Part shown: positions 1 through 8,942 of the stretch, piece by piece
Layout of the letters: every line of letters starts with the position of its first letter
Numbering within the stretch: position 1 is the first letter of the stretch
Virus record (IMG/VR): IMGVR_UViG_3300021185_001231
Strand: one strand, 5' to 3'
DNA length: 64,000 bases
Source: a virus
Made by a program: the position numbers and the translations under genes
Notes under the pieces: generated by a model
The model's database searches: none
What the model was told of the DNA's origin: nothing
The model's input: the letters and a program-made list of their open reading frames with translations, nothing else

Positions 1-222
1 AATGTTAACGTCAGTGTCGTGATCCATACCATCCATACCCAGATGAGTAGGCACCAAAGGATGGAATCCATATTCGTTACCAGTAAAAGCAGTCTCTATA
101 GAAGACTTTCCCTTTGCCCCATACTTTTCTATAATGTACTGTCCAACCAAAGAAGCAACTAAAAAGGCGCCACCTGTGGGATAACTTACAGCAAATCTTG
201 AACGCTGTTCTTGTGTTTTCAT
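1..222 (-). CDS. hypothetical protein, 5' part (runs off window)
   Basis: ATG at 222 after GAGG SD; open frame MKTQEQRSRFAVSYPTGG... to the window edge; late promoter upstream. Confidence 0.55.
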   Translation of the reverse strand, partial: MKTQEQRSRFAVSYPTGGAFLVASLVGQYIIEKYGAKGKSSIETAFTGNEYGFHPLVPTHLGMDGMDHDTDVNI

Positions 223-280
223 AGAATTTTCCTCGTTAGTTCTTCTACGTTTGTCCTTTAAGAAAGGTATTTTCTAATAC

Positions 281-288
281 TATTTATA
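281..288 (-). promoter_or_regulatory. T4-type late promoter TATAAATA
   Basis: exact gp55 consensus in an intergenic gap upstream of the ORF ending at 222. Confidence 0.55.
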
Positions 289-315
289 AAAATAACCAAC
301 TATATATCAACATTT

Positions 316-1308
316 TCACAAGTTTTCTGGGGTTTGGAAATCTTTTAAATCAAATTCTGTTCCATGCATTTTCATAAGATCTCTCTCATGGTTAGTATAC
401 ACTAGAACTTCCGGATCGTCAATTAAGAAATCACAATTTTTACAGAAGTCTGGGTAGTTTCCGGAAGTATGTTGTTCTCTCAGTTCAGTATATTGAGGAC
501 CGTTCCAAATCTCTTCTATAGTATTGTCTTCCATATGTCCCAACACAGCCTCAGTATCCCTACCAAGAACTTGACAACAAGGATGAACCGCACCACTTTT
601 ACCGTCCAATCCTCCAGCACGGATAACTACGTCCGGAGAAAAGGGTCTTCCGCAAGTTTTTACTGAACCTGACCTAACACCCACATCCTCAATATCTTGC
701 ACACCAGACCAGTTGTGCATTTTCCATATCTCAGTTTTTACACCCAGTTCATCGACAATTCTTTTATACTGCTCTAACTCTTGATCGATATTTTTATTAT
801 CAGTGATGAGATGATATGTAGAAATTACACAATCAGAACCACTAGAATTAACATACTCTACCATTTCCTCAATATTCTGACGAATACCAGCGTATGTTCC
901 TCCTACCGCATTGTGCATCCATTTAGTGTAGTCTTCTTGGTTTGAACCAATGAAGGAGAATCTATAGAAATCAAGACCAGCATCAACACAATCTCTCATG
1001 TACTTACCTTCCATTTTGAATCCATTAGAAAAGATAAAACATTTAGCTCCATATTTCTTTACAACTTTAATGAACTCCGGAAGTTTCTTTTGCATAGTCG
1101 CTTCACCGGAACCGTCTAAATTTATAACCCTTACTCCGTATTTCGCACAATCGGCCACATAACCTTCAAATTCCTCAAGTTTCATCATACGACGAAACCC
1201 CTTGTCTCTACCACCTTCACGCAAATCCTGTGGGCACATACTGCAAGAATAGTTACAACCACCCACAACTTCTATTACAGCTCTGTCTATATGTAATGGT
1301 AATTTCAT
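316..1308 (-). CDS. radical SAM protein with SPASM/Twitch domain
   Basis: CNYSCSMC (CxxxCxxC); C-terminal C...PCC...CKNC and IEEIWNG SPASM-type motif. Confidence 0.9.
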   Translation of the reverse strand: MKLPLHIDRAVIEVVGGCNYSCSMCPQDLREGGRDKGFRRMMKLEEFEGYVADCAKYGVRVINLDGSGEATMQKKLPEFIKVVKKYGAKCFIFSNGFKMEGKYMRDCVDAGLDFYRFSFIGSNQEDYTKWMHNAVGGTYAGIRQNIEEMVEYVNSSGSDCVISTYHLITDNKNIDQELEQYKRIVDELGVKTEIWKMHNWSGVQDIEDVGVRSGSVKTCGRPFSPDVVIRAGGLDGKSGAVHPCCQVLGRDTEAVLGHMEDNTIEEIWNGPQYTELREQHTSGNYPDFCKNCDFLIDDPEVLVYTNHERDLMKMHGTEFDLKDFQTPENL

Positions 1309-2171
1309 TGTCTAAGTTCTCTTATTCTCTCTCTAAAATTGTCGGCTTTTTTCTGGGAGTGTTCCAACATTATTTCAGGGTTATCTACCCAAAACCATAT
1401 ACTTGCATCAACTTCGGAATTGTGACTGGTTCTTACTGCATATTTAGTATGATACTTGGTAACTCCCTCTTCACTTATTACTATTAGAGGTTTGCAGAAG
1501 TTCTTTGCGACATAGTGCCACATACCATCATAACATATAACCTGTCTACAAGTAGAAATATGCCACATAGCTTCTCTTATGGGAGTTCTGTATGTCAGTT
1601 CGACCATCTGAAAACCATGAGATTTTAATTTATCTATTATAACATCCCAATCGTTGTTTGTCAACTGTCTCTTCCAAGTTCTTGGAGTTTCAGCGTTAAA
1701 TGTGGGTCTCCAAAAAACTATTTTATTAGGAACAATATCTAAAAAGACATCCTCCCGAAAAATCCAATCATTATCAGGAACCTGATCTCCTTCTTTATCA
1801 GAATATCTTCCAGACTCAAAATAAAACCTAGTTTTGTCAAAATGTTTTGCAACTTGTCTCTTAGATCCATCAGGCATAAGTTCCGTGTCGTCTTCATACT
1901 TCCAAGAACTATAACGACCATTAGAATTAATCATATGCGATATTTGAACATCCTCTTTTCTATCATAAAACCTGTGCATGTATTGCATTCTTTCTATAAT
2001 GGTTTCTGGGTCCTCAAAGTGATGGATATGATTCTCGCCATGAGACCAATGCATTTCTAGGTCTATCGGAGTTTTGGTTCTCCAAGAATGTAAATGGACA
2101 CTATTCAACGCCCACATAAAATCTCCAACCCCAGGCGTTCCTCTCCAAGTTACCAATTCACGTTTTAACAT
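1305..2171 (-). CDS. putative GT-B glycosyltransferase (GT9/heptosyltransferase-like)
   Basis: N-terminal PGVGD and C-terminal YDGMWHYVA resemble the GT9 G-x-G-D and D(S/T)GxxH motifs. Confidence 0.5.
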   Translation of the reverse strand: MLKRELVTWRGTPGVGDFMWALNSVHLHSWRTKTPIDLEMHWSHGENHIHHFEDPETIIERMQYMHRFYDRKEDVQISHMINSNGRYSSWKYEDDTELMPDGSKRQVAKHFDKTRFYFESGRYSDKEGDQVPDNDWIFREDVFLDIVPNKIVFWRPTFNAETPRTWKRQLTNNDWDVIIDKLKSHGFQMVELTYRTPIREAMWHISTCRQVICYDGMWHYVAKNFCKPLIVISEEGVTKYHTKYAVRTSHNSEVDASIWFWVDNPEIMLEHSQKKADNFRERIRELRQ

Positions 2172-2527
2172 TATTTTTTGGTGCCTATGGCTTCCTTCGC
2201 GTAGAATGCTGCGACTATAGCTGCAACCGAAACAAAGTATGTGGGAGCCATAGAACCTAGGGTCTTTGTAGCTTCATCTAATCCCACAACAGATGCGAGT
2301 ACGACTGCGAATGGATATAACAACATACCATAGAGAGAAAACCAAGCCATCTTCCTCTGTGCGTCTCGCATTGCATCAGCGTCTTCCAATTCCTTTCTTT
2401 TGAACTCCATATGCATTTCTAGTTCAGTTTCCGTTACGTGTCCATCACCATTAGTATCAGCTTTGGCTAGAGAACCATCACTATCCACTGTGAGTGTTTT
2501 TTCTTTTATTTTCGCTGCTTTTGCCAT
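2171..2527 (-). CDS. membrane protein with EF-hand-like loop and 2 TM helices
   Basis: DTNGDGHVTETE EF-hand loop; two hydrophobic segments. Confidence 0.65.
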   Translation of the reverse strand: MAKAAKIKEKTLTVDSDGSLAKADTNGDGHVTETELEMHMEFKRKELEDADAMRDAQRKMAWFSLYGMLLYPFAVVLASVVGLDEATKTLGSMAPTYFVSVAAIVAAFYAKEAIGTKK

Positions 2528-2562
2528 TTTAAAAACCTTAATTATATATTAATTTATGTGCC

Positions 2563-2570
2563 TATTTATA
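2563..2570 (-). promoter_or_regulatory. T4-type late promoter TATAAATA
   Basis: exact consensus just downstream of the terminator and upstream of ORF 2171-2527. Confidence 0.6.
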
Positions 2571-2572
2571 AT

Positions 2573-2596
2573 AAAAAAACCCTTCCGAAGAAGGGC
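2573..2596 (-). terminator. rho-independent terminator with C(UUCG)G tetraloop
   Basis: GCCCTTC-TTCG-GAAGGGT followed by T run; typical T4-family terminator. Confidence 0.9.
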
Positions 2597-2618
2597 AAAA
2601 CGAACAGGAAAACATTAA

Positions 2619-2894
2619 TTATACTAACCACCACCGATATATTCCCCACAGATCAATTGTAGTAAACATAATATTCTGTGTCAACATAGGACGATCTTTC
2701 CAAAAAACATAGATGAAAATTATATGTCCGATAAAAAATAGAATATATCCCCATCGACTTATTTCTATATTACTACTTAGTAAAATTCCAGCTGTAAAAA
2801 ATAATATAGTGCCTATCCACTTAAGAACAGATACTTGTTTATCAGTTCTCGGAGACAACAATGTCATCATAATATAAGGACCTTTCTTCTTCAC
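2619..2894 (-). CDS. small membrane protein (3 TM)
   Basis: hydrophobic ORF; exact start uncertain. Confidence 0.6.
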   Translation of the reverse strand: MKKKGPYIMMTLLSPRTDKQVSVLKWIGTILFFTAGILLSSNIEISRWGYILFFIGHIIFIYVFWKDRPMLTQNIMFTTIDLWGIYRWWLV

Positions 2895-3168
2895 TCGAAA
2901 ATAAGTTAGACCATATTTTTAGTTTATCTAATTTTTTTTGTCTAGAATTTTCTACGGCACTATAAGAAACAACTTCCCATTCCTGTAGTAGTTCGATCAT
3001 ACAAACCAAGTCTCCCACCTCTTTAGCGAGTCGATTTATATTGTATTTTTCTTGACCAAACCTCTTTACCTTAGAAGCTTCCTGTATGACTTCTGCACAC
3101 TCTTCTTGAAGAATGGTTAATAGTTCGGTAGCAGAATCGTTGTGTTTCAACATCTTTAGTCGGCCCAA
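2842..3168 (-). CDS. MazG-like NTP pyrophosphohydrolase
   Basis: LQEECAEVIQ...EVGDL acidic helical motif. Confidence 0.7.
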   Translation of the reverse strand: MGRLKMLKHNDSATELLTILQEECAEVIQEASKVKRFGQEKYNINRLAKEVGDLVCMIELLQEWEVVSYSAVENSRQKKLDKLKIWSNLFSSEEERSLYYDDIVVSEN

Positions 3169-3431
3169 TCTTTATTTGGATTTTTTTCTTCAACTCTATT
3201 ACTATACATAGTTTCATTGAGTTGCACAGATGAAGTTTTTTCTACATCAAAAGAATCAAATACTACCTCTCTTATTACAGGTGGTTCTGAAGGAGCAGAC
3301 GCTCTAAAGAACTCAGAAATTTGTTCAGTTGTGATTGATTGCTTCTTATACACTTCTCCAGTGACAGGATTTTCCCATCCCTTTAAAGTGGGTACCGCAT
3401 GTGGACACCAGTTAGGCGCTTTAATAGTCAT
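3156..3431 (-). CDS. hypothetical protein
   Basis: ORF with GGAG SD in a minus-strand operon. Confidence 0.65.
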   Translation of the reverse strand: MTIKAPNWCPHAVPTLKGWENPVTGEVYKKQSITTEQISEFFRASAPSEPPVIREVVFDSFDVEKTSSVQLNETMYSNRVEEKNPNKDWAD

Positions 3432-3440
3432 AGTAACTCC

Positions 3441-4022
3441 TTATTCAGTAATAACTTTGTAAATTTCTTTCCAGTCTCGGACACGTGTTGCATGTCCTTT
3501 ATAATTAGCGTTATGTTCATGAGCGACCAACAAACTTTCTAAACCCATATTAGATCCAACATCACAGTTCTCAGGTTTGTCTTCTATCCAGTAACATCCA
3601 GTATCACGATACTCTTCTAAAGCCTCATCTTTATCGGCACCAGTATCTAAGTAAACATATTTTTCAAATGGTGTTGGACCGAACAATTCTATTAGGTTTT
3701 TTGTTCTCAGATGTTGTGCGTATTGGTCATTACTCAAACTAGTTATCGCGTGAAACACATAACCATGTTCTTCATGAAGTTTTCTAACGTACTTCATAGC
3801 GTCTCTGAGAGGGGGCAATTTACGAATCACCGCACTCTCATTGAACATTCTAACTAATCTCTTACCTTCTTCTCTAGATATGTTATATCTTTGGTTAATA
3901 CTATAAATCTTATCCGCATTCGAATCTAACTCATATCCATGACGATCCATCCACTGGGTGAATGCGTAGACCCAGTCTAACAATACGCCGTCACAGTCTA
4001 CTAATATTACTTTGTCTTTCAT
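3441..4022 (-). CDS. HAD-family 5'(3')-deoxyribonucleotidase-like protein
   Basis: VDCDGVL motif I, ITS motif II, WIEDKPEN motif IV. Confidence 0.8.
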   Translation of the reverse strand: MKDKVILVDCDGVLLDWVYAFTQWMDRHGYELDSNADKIYSINQRYNISREEGKRLVRMFNESAVIRKLPPLRDAMKYVRKLHEEHGYVFHAITSLSNDQYAQHLRTKNLIELFGPTPFEKYVYLDTGADKDEALEEYRDTGCYWIEDKPENCDVGSNMGLESLLVAHEHNANYKGHATRVRDWKEIYKVITE

Positions 4023-4045
4023 TTATATCTCCATTCAATACAGGT

Positions 4046-4074
4046 ATTATAACCTATTGAACTAGAAATGTCAA
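4046..4074 (-). promoter_or_regulatory. sigma70-type early promoter
   Basis: TTGACA-N17-TATAAT perfect consensus. Confidence 0.85.
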
Positions 4075-4084
4075 GTGTTTTTTT

Positions 4085-4930
4085 TTATGGAACTAAAGTT
4101 CTTTCCCAAGGCATAACACTATACTTTTTTTCATACCAATGCCGAGTCATATCGATCTTCCAATCTCCTCCGGTATAATGACAGAAATTAGCCTTCTCGA
4201 AAAACTCCTCTTCTGTATCGTAATGTGGGGAATCGTTCCATTCCTGACCCAAACACTCTAAGTCAAACTCATGTTTTCCAAGTTGTGCAGAGATATAGGG
4301 TTGATCATTCATAATTGACATATGAAAAGATGGTTGCGAGTAACACCAATCTTCCCAAGAATCGAACTCTTCTCTCGCACGAAGTCTAGCTTCCTTAGTC
4401 CATATAACTACTCCAGTATTGAGGATTGTCAACTTGGATGGTCTACTTGGAGGTAAAGTTGGGAGTATAGGGCAGTTATGCATATTAAATTTAGAACAGA
4501 AATCGTTATAAGTACTTTCTTTATAGTCCCAAGAATTATATCCGCCACCATTAGATGTCACTATATCCGATTCTAATACACCATAAACTTCAGCGTCAAG
4601 ACAGCATTCATCAAATATGTTTTTTGTTGTGTTAACTACAATATCAGTATCAACAAATAGAACATTATCATATTTGTCAAACATAGGATCGTAAATTACT
4701 CGGAGACACTCGTAGAGAAGTGATGTCGAACAACCATGTCCTTCAGTGAATACTCTTTTATCAGAATAGTGATGGTCAGCGCAGATCAAATCTGCATATG
4801 CCTCGAAGGATTTTCTAGATATTGATGCACACTCCTGATAGAGTTCTGAACGGTTTCTTCCTTTGATGTCTCCACGTTGGTCGACAACATCACTTGTTAT
4901 CATATATTGGAAGATTGCGTTCTTAGACAT
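4085..4930 (-). CDS. GT-A glycosyltransferase (GT8/GT34-like)
   Basis: FVDTDIVV DxD motif, LNTGVV, NDQ, WN, and HYTG motifs. Confidence 0.75.
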   Translation of the reverse strand: MSKNAIFQYMITSDVVDQRGDIKGRNRSELYQECASISRKSFEAYADLICADHHYSDKRVFTEGHGCSTSLLYECLRVIYDPMFDKYDNVLFVDTDIVVNTTKNIFDECCLDAEVYGVLESDIVTSNGGGYNSWDYKESTYNDFCSKFNMHNCPILPTLPPSRPSKLTILNTGVVIWTKEARLRAREEFDSWEDWCYSQPSFHMSIMNDQPYISAQLGKHEFDLECLGQEWNDSPHYDTEEEFFEKANFCHYTGGDWKIDMTRHWYEKKYSVMPWERTLVP

Positions 4931-5369
4931 TCTCTAGTCTCACCATTAATCGTTCTGCACGATTAGTTACTTGTTTATGCCAACGAGAATCCCTACCTTC
5001 TACGGCAGCTCTTTCCCAGTCACCATCGAGTAGTGCGGCAGTCATATTCTTAAACTTACTGAGACGAGTTCTTCCCATATTGAACATCATATTAACCAAG
5101 ATTTCTTGGACTTCGTCGGGGAAATCTCCATAAGTCCGCTCTTCGTATAGAGCTTCGCACTCGGAAATCGCGGTGTCCAGATCGGTCTCGAAACATTCCC
5201 AGACTCTCTCTTCAGAGATCTCTGTTCCAACATCCTGTCCATATTCTGGGTCACTGTCCTTGACCAAATGCCCCACACCAAAAGTAGGGTAGCCAAGATG
5301 GTCGAGATAAATTTCATACTTAACCCCTTCGTCTATTTTTAATGTTTTAAAAACATTTTCTCTGTTCAT
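4923..5369 (-). CDS. T4-lysozyme-family endolysin (GH24)
   Basis: DEG...YLDHLGYPTFGVG catalytic E-D-T pattern; NMMFNMG; SRWHKQVTNRAER. Confidence 0.92.
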   Translation of the reverse strand: MNRENVFKTLKIDEGVKYEIYLDHLGYPTFGVGHLVKDSDPEYGQDVGTEISEERVWECFETDLDTAISECEALYEERTYGDFPDEVQEILVNMMFNMGRTRLSKFKNMTAALLDGDWERAAVEGRDSRWHKQVTNRAERLMVRLENV

Positions 5370-5384
5370 GTATATATTCCTATA

Positions 5385-5621
5385 TTAAGTGTTGATTGTA
5401 GAATGCTTACCAGCACCCTTCTTGATATTTTTCAGATGATCATTCCATTCCGAACCGGCCAACTGACGAGCTGTGGTATGACCAGAGACGAGTTTAGGCG
5501 CAGATAATATAACCTGAGTTAGTTCTGGATTGTTTTCTTTAAATTCATCTAGGTCAGAAATCCGAAGAGTCTTTTCAAAGATCTCTCCGGTTTCTTTATT
5601 TTTAAAATTGTAAATTGCCAT
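5385..5621 (-). CDS. FmdB-like small protein (Cys-less variant)
   Basis: MAIYNFKNKETGEIFE N-terminus like the phage FmdB family; start placed at the internal ATG. Confidence 0.55.
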   Translation of the reverse strand: MAIYNFKNKETGEIFEKTLRISDLDEFKENNPELTQVILSAPKLVSGHTTARQLAGSEWNDHLKNIKKGAGKHSTINT

Positions 5622-5703
5622 AATAAAATTCACTGGTCATAAAGTAGATCAATACGACAGGATACGCGAGATCTGATCCTGAAGAGATATGATCACCCCC
5701 TAT

Positions 5704-5847
5704 TTAACAGTTAAAACCCTTTGTTGTAGTATAATAATTATCCATTGTCACATTCGAGTTACAATTATTATTGTATGTCGTTTGGGAGAGTGACATGGAT
5801 GTTCTATGAATTGTTGCAGTTTTATTACTTACTTTAGTATTCGACAT
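5704..5847 (-). CDS. 47-aa N/T/S-rich peptide (not in ORF track)
   Basis: TAAGGA SD then MSNTKVSNKTATIHRTSMSLSQTTYNNNCNSNVTMDNYYTTTKGFNC. Confidence 0.4.
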   Translation of the reverse strand: MSNTKVSNKTATIHRTSMSLSQTTYNNNCNSNVTMDNYYTTTKGFNC

Positions 5848-5892
5848 AGTAGATTCCTTATAGGTCGAGTGGGTTTAAGCTGCTACCTTGGG

Positions 5893-6330
5893 TTACTTAC
5901 GGATCAAATCGGGGAATGCCTCCTGTACAAGTTTTTTAGTTAAGAATTTTGTTGGCGATTTCTTTTCCACCATAGAAAGAACTAAATCAGCATCTTTAGG
6001 ATGAATAGACTCTAATAGTTCTATAAATTTGTTTTCTCTTTTGTGGGCAGGGAGATCAGTGCCAGGCCCACCATTTACAAAAATACCAAACATCTTATGT
6101 CCTCTCAATAGAGTGGAGGGAACACTTCTTTCGTTATTTGGGGTGAATGGAGGTTTTCCTTCGGGTAAAAGAAACTCTAAAGAATCGTCAAAAGTTCCTC
6201 TTAAAACATCCTTCAATGCCTGAACATCAGAATATTTACTTAGAACCTCCAATCGAGATTTTTTATTTTTAGATTTACTGAACTCTTCAAGTATCTCAAA
6301 AACTTCAGGATTTCTGGTAGTATATGCCAT
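5893..6330 (-). CDS. conserved T4-like phage hypothetical protein (DUF6433-like)
   Basis: LPEGxPPF and RExxFIxLLESIHPxDA pattern recognised from marine T4-likes. Confidence 0.7.
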   Translation of the reverse strand: MAYTTRNPEVFEILEEFSKSKNKKSRLEVLSKYSDVQALKDVLRGTFDDSLEFLLPEGKPPFTPNNERSVPSTLLRGHKMFGIFVNGGPGTDLPAHKRENKFIELLESIHPKDADLVLSMVEKKSPTKFLTKKLVQEAFPDLIRK

Positions 6331-6501
6331 AATTTAATTGCCTCTGTTAATATTATATATACTTTTTATTAGGTTTATCTTTTACTAATCTACGACATTC
6401 GTTAAATCTACGAATACTTGTCAAAACACCAAACAATTCATCATCAGCTTTCTGTGAAAAACTTAACCAAAATATAAGCATTATTCTTAGTATCCAAACG
6501 C

Positions 6502-7047
6502 CTACTTTTCCAGAAACCATTTTGGTACCTCTCGGTTAGACCATTTCGCAAAGTATCTTTTTTCTTCTCGATAGTACTTACGGTAACCTTCAGTAACATT
6601 ATCATCCTTACAGTATTCAGGCATACATTGTGGCATAATAGTCTCAGATCCTACCTGATTAATATTCTTAGGGGCGAACCACAACTGACCAGATAGTTTA
6701 TCATAAGTAGCGTGTATTCTTCCATAACGGTGCGTATATTCCTTAGCACAAGCTACGAAATGATTATACAACCATCGATAGTTCCTTTCGTTTTCTCTTG
6801 TCCAGATAGCGGATGGGTGGTTAACATGACAAGCTTTGTATAACAGTCTTTCTTGCGCATCTCCATTGAGTCTCCATCGTTTTATCCTACGGCCGCCCTT
6901 AGTTCTATCGGCATATTCTTCACCATCAATAACACGATGAGCGGTTGATAGTAACTGGGCATATTCAATGACCATTTTGACCACATGTTTGTCACACATC
7001 ATTTGAGCTGATATAACAGGGTCATCATGTAATCTAAAAATATTCAT
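6502..7047 (-). CDS. pyrimidine-dimer DNA glycosylase family protein
   Basis: MNIF...CDKHVVKMxxExAQLLSTAH...HxNHPS...YR.YY motifs; start at ATG 7047 overlapping the upstream stop (ATGA). Confidence 0.75.
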   Translation of the reverse strand: MNIFRLHDDPVISAQMMCDKHVVKMVIEYAQLLSTAHRVIDGEEYADRTKGGRRIKRWRLNGDAQERLLYKACHVNHPSAIWTRENERNYRWLYNHFVACAKEYTHRYGRIHATYDKLSGQLWFAPKNINQVGSETIMPQCMPEYCKDDNVTEGYRKYYREEKRYFAKWSNREVPKWFLEK

Positions 7048-7175
7048 TCGTAATCCCAAATACAAGAAACAATATCTTTAACAAATTCTAAAGGCAGGTC
7101 TAACTTACTAGAAATATCCTGTACCGAAACTGTTTGTTCATATAACTCTTGAACCTCAAAAACCACTGTACTCAT
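7044..7175 (-). CDS. 43-aa hypothetical, HTH-like (not in ORF track)
   Basis: MSTVVFEVQELYEQTVSVQDISSKLDLPLEFVKDIVSCIWDYE; translationally coupled to the next gene. Confidence 0.55.
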   Translation of the reverse strand: MSTVVFEVQELYEQTVSVQDISSKLDLPLEFVKDIVSCIWDYE

Positions 7176-7180
7176 TTTAC

Positions 7181-7378
7181 TCATTTTACTTCTCCCAAGT
7201 TTTTTACTTTAAGTTCTTTCATCGTATCACTATCAAGAAAATGTCTGTCCATTAGATTAGGTCCAGTAGCAATACTGTAGTAATCAATATCTTCAGGGGT
7301 ATGCACAAACATTATTTCACCAGAAAAGACACCACTAGGAGTGTTCCACCGAATCGTCTCACCAACTATACCGTACAT
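7181..7378 (-). CDS. hypothetical early protein
   Basis: coupled ORF (TAATG overlap). Confidence 0.6.
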   Translation of the reverse strand: MYGIVGETIRWNTPSGVFSGEIMFVHTPEDIDYYSIATGPNLMDRHFLDSDTMKELKVKNLGEVK

Positions 7379-7710
7379 TATGTCTTCCTCCTATATCCAA
7401 GAGTTTCCATTGCGAAGACAGGAGAACCTCCAACTTCGTATCCATAATCTTCATCGAAGAATTTGTTGTTGTGGTCAGAAAGATACATATACTCCTCAAC
7501 ATGAACATTTTTTACTAGGAAGTTAATCCATGTTTTCCAAGGTTTGTAACCATGTTTGAATCTCGCGACAAAAGCAGGCTTTAACTTACCATACCAGCTT
7601 GGGTGACAGTTAGGATGAACATCTTGCATCAACTTGGCACCTTCGAAATCACCTTTGTATGTTAAGTACATACCGTCCCATTGGAAATCTTCTTTAACAA
7701 AATAAGTCAT
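7378..7710 (-). CDS. hypothetical early protein
   Basis: first gene after the promoter cassette; start at ATG 7710 after GAGAGAG SD. Confidence 0.7.
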   Translation of the reverse strand: MTYFVKEDFQWDGMYLTYKGDFEGAKLMQDVHPNCHPSWYGKLKPAFVARFKHGYKPWKTWINFLVKNVHVEEYMYLSDHNNKFFDEDYGYEVGGSPVFAMETLGYRRKT

Positions 7711-7754
7711 AATAAACACACTCTCTCAATCATCAATACATAGGTATTATACAA
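7707..7754. repeat. 48-bp direct repeat, copy 1 (-10 box, leader, RBS, start codon)
   Basis: tcataataaacacactctctcaatcatcaatacataggtattatacaa, identical to 8640-8687. Confidence 0.95.
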
Positions 7755-7774
7755 TATTTCACACACTTTGTCAA
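7746..7774 (-). promoter_or_regulatory. sigma70-type early promoter
   Basis: TTGACA-N17-TATAAT. Confidence 0.85.
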
Positions 7775-7782
7775 CACATTTA

Positions 7783-8019
7783 TTACTTATTTTCAAAATA
7801 ATATTTAATATCTTTCTTGTTAAACTTGCGAAACTTTCGTCTACTCACACTCCAAGATTTTTTCGGAGCACTGAAGATTTTCACATCCTTTGTACCATAA
7901 GGAACATAACCCACAAGGTCCGTACCCTTAGTTATGTAGACGTGATTGGGAACTTTGTACTCGCCCCAGTCGGTCAACTCTTCTCGCCACAAATAGTGAC
8001 AGGCTTCATCAAAAGTCAT
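7783..8019 (-). CDS. hypothetical early protein
   Basis: likely start MTFDEAC after GGAG SD. Confidence 0.6.
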   Translation of the reverse strand: MTFDEACHYLWREELTDWGEYKVPNHVYITKGTDLVGYVPYGTKDVKIFSAPKKSWSVSRRKFRKFNKKDIKYYFENK

Positions 8020-8020
8020 A

Positions 8021-8374
8021 TTAAAACTCCACTCGGTCAAAGACAGCGACAGCACCATAGAAGTGACCGTCAATCAACTGGTCACACAGTTTAGAAAATC
8101 GTGAGTCAGATGTTGCGGCATAGTTACCACCGAACATTGTCCATTTACCTTTTTTTGATAGAGGAACGACTCTGAGACACTTACGACCACCGATAGGTTC
8201 TTCCATAATCAGTTCCGCAGCTGGGTAATCTGAACAAGGTTCGAAAGGACCCTCTGCATTGACTATAGTAAAACCCTTACTATATGAAGACTCACCACCA
8301 GCGGTGCAGTCAACATTATCTAAAAAACTGTTTCTATACGGAACTTGTTTGTACACACTAACATGAATTCCCAT
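8021..8374 (-). CDS. hypothetical early protein
   Basis: MFGGNY...SDSRF...DRVE; coupled to the upstream ORF. Confidence 0.7.
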   Translation of the reverse strand: MGIHVSVYKQVPYRNSFLDNVDCTAGGESSYSKGFTIVNAEGPFEPCSDYPAAELIMEEPIGGRKCLRVVPLSKKGKWTMFGGNYAATSDSRFSKLCDQLIDGHFYGAVAVFDRVEF

Positions 8375-8643
8375 TACACATACCTCACATTATTTTTAAG
8401 AAACCATTTCTCGACTACGGGATTACCGCAATCATCCTCATCAACCGCAATATATGCTACGGTCTTCTTGACATTGGCATAACGATACTGTTGACCGATA
8501 CCACCAACCCAAACTATATGGGGATAGTCTTTGTGGAAGTCCAAGAAACAGTGATTATTCTCACTGTAATGAAAGTAATTACCGAAGTCTTTCTCAGTAA
8601 ACTCACCTAAAACATTTTCAACACTCGAAGGGGCAAAACTCAT
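8374..8643 (-). CDS. hypothetical early protein
   Basis: start at ATG 8643 within repeat copy 2. Confidence 0.7.
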   Translation of the reverse strand: MSFAPSSVENVLGEFTEKDFGNYFHYSENNHCFLDFHKDYPHIVWVGGIGQQYRYANVKKTVAYIAVDEDDCGNPVVEKWFLKNNVRYV

Positions 8644-8687
8644 AATAAACACACTCTCTCAATCATCAATACATAGGTATTATACAA
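8640..8687. repeat. 48-bp direct repeat, copy 2
   Basis: identical to 7707-7754. Confidence 0.95.
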
Positions 8688-8707
8688 CGCCCAACAAGGT
8701 TTGTCAA
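8679..8707 (-). promoter_or_regulatory. sigma70-type early promoter
   Basis: TTGACA-N17-TATAAT. Confidence 0.85.
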
Positions 8708-8749
8708 GCGTTTTCTTGAAATTAAATGAAGTTTTTTTTATGTGGAAAA

Positions 8750-8840
8750 TGGCGGAGAGGGTGGGATTTGAACCCACGATACGCTATTAACGTATGCCAG
8801 TTTTCAAGACTGGTGCATTCAACCGCTCTGCCACCTCTCC
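8750..8840 (-). tRNA. tRNA-Ser(TGA)
   Basis: cloverleaf with long variable arm; anticodon arm CCAGT-CTTGAAA-ACTGG; encoded CCA. Confidence 0.95.
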
Positions 8841-8850
8841 GAAAATATTA

Positions 8851-8934
8851 TGGTGGGGGGAGGTGGATTCGAACCACCGAAGCTTTCGCGTCAGATTTAC
8901 AGTCTGATCCCTTTGGCCGCTCGGGAATCCCCCC
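8851..8934 (-). tRNA. tRNA-Tyr(GTA)
   Basis: TCAGA-CTGTAAA-TCTGA; GGTTCGAATCC T-arm; CCA. Confidence 0.95.
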
Positions 8935-8942
8935 CGATTAGA

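Noticed and set aside
5634-5700. tmRNA or tRNA-like element (starts GGGGGTG, ends ACCA)
   Set aside because: No T-arm, no G3:U70 acceptor pairing with the 3' end, and too short; kept only as a hairpin
7707-8687. Possible CRISPR repeat
   Set aside because: Only two copies 933 bp apart, and they are promoter/RBS sequence; no array or cas operon (the Cas4-like exonuclease is a common stand-alone phage gene)
8726-8941. 71-aa plus-strand ORF
   Set aside because: Antisense to tRNA-Ser and tRNA-Tyr; artefact
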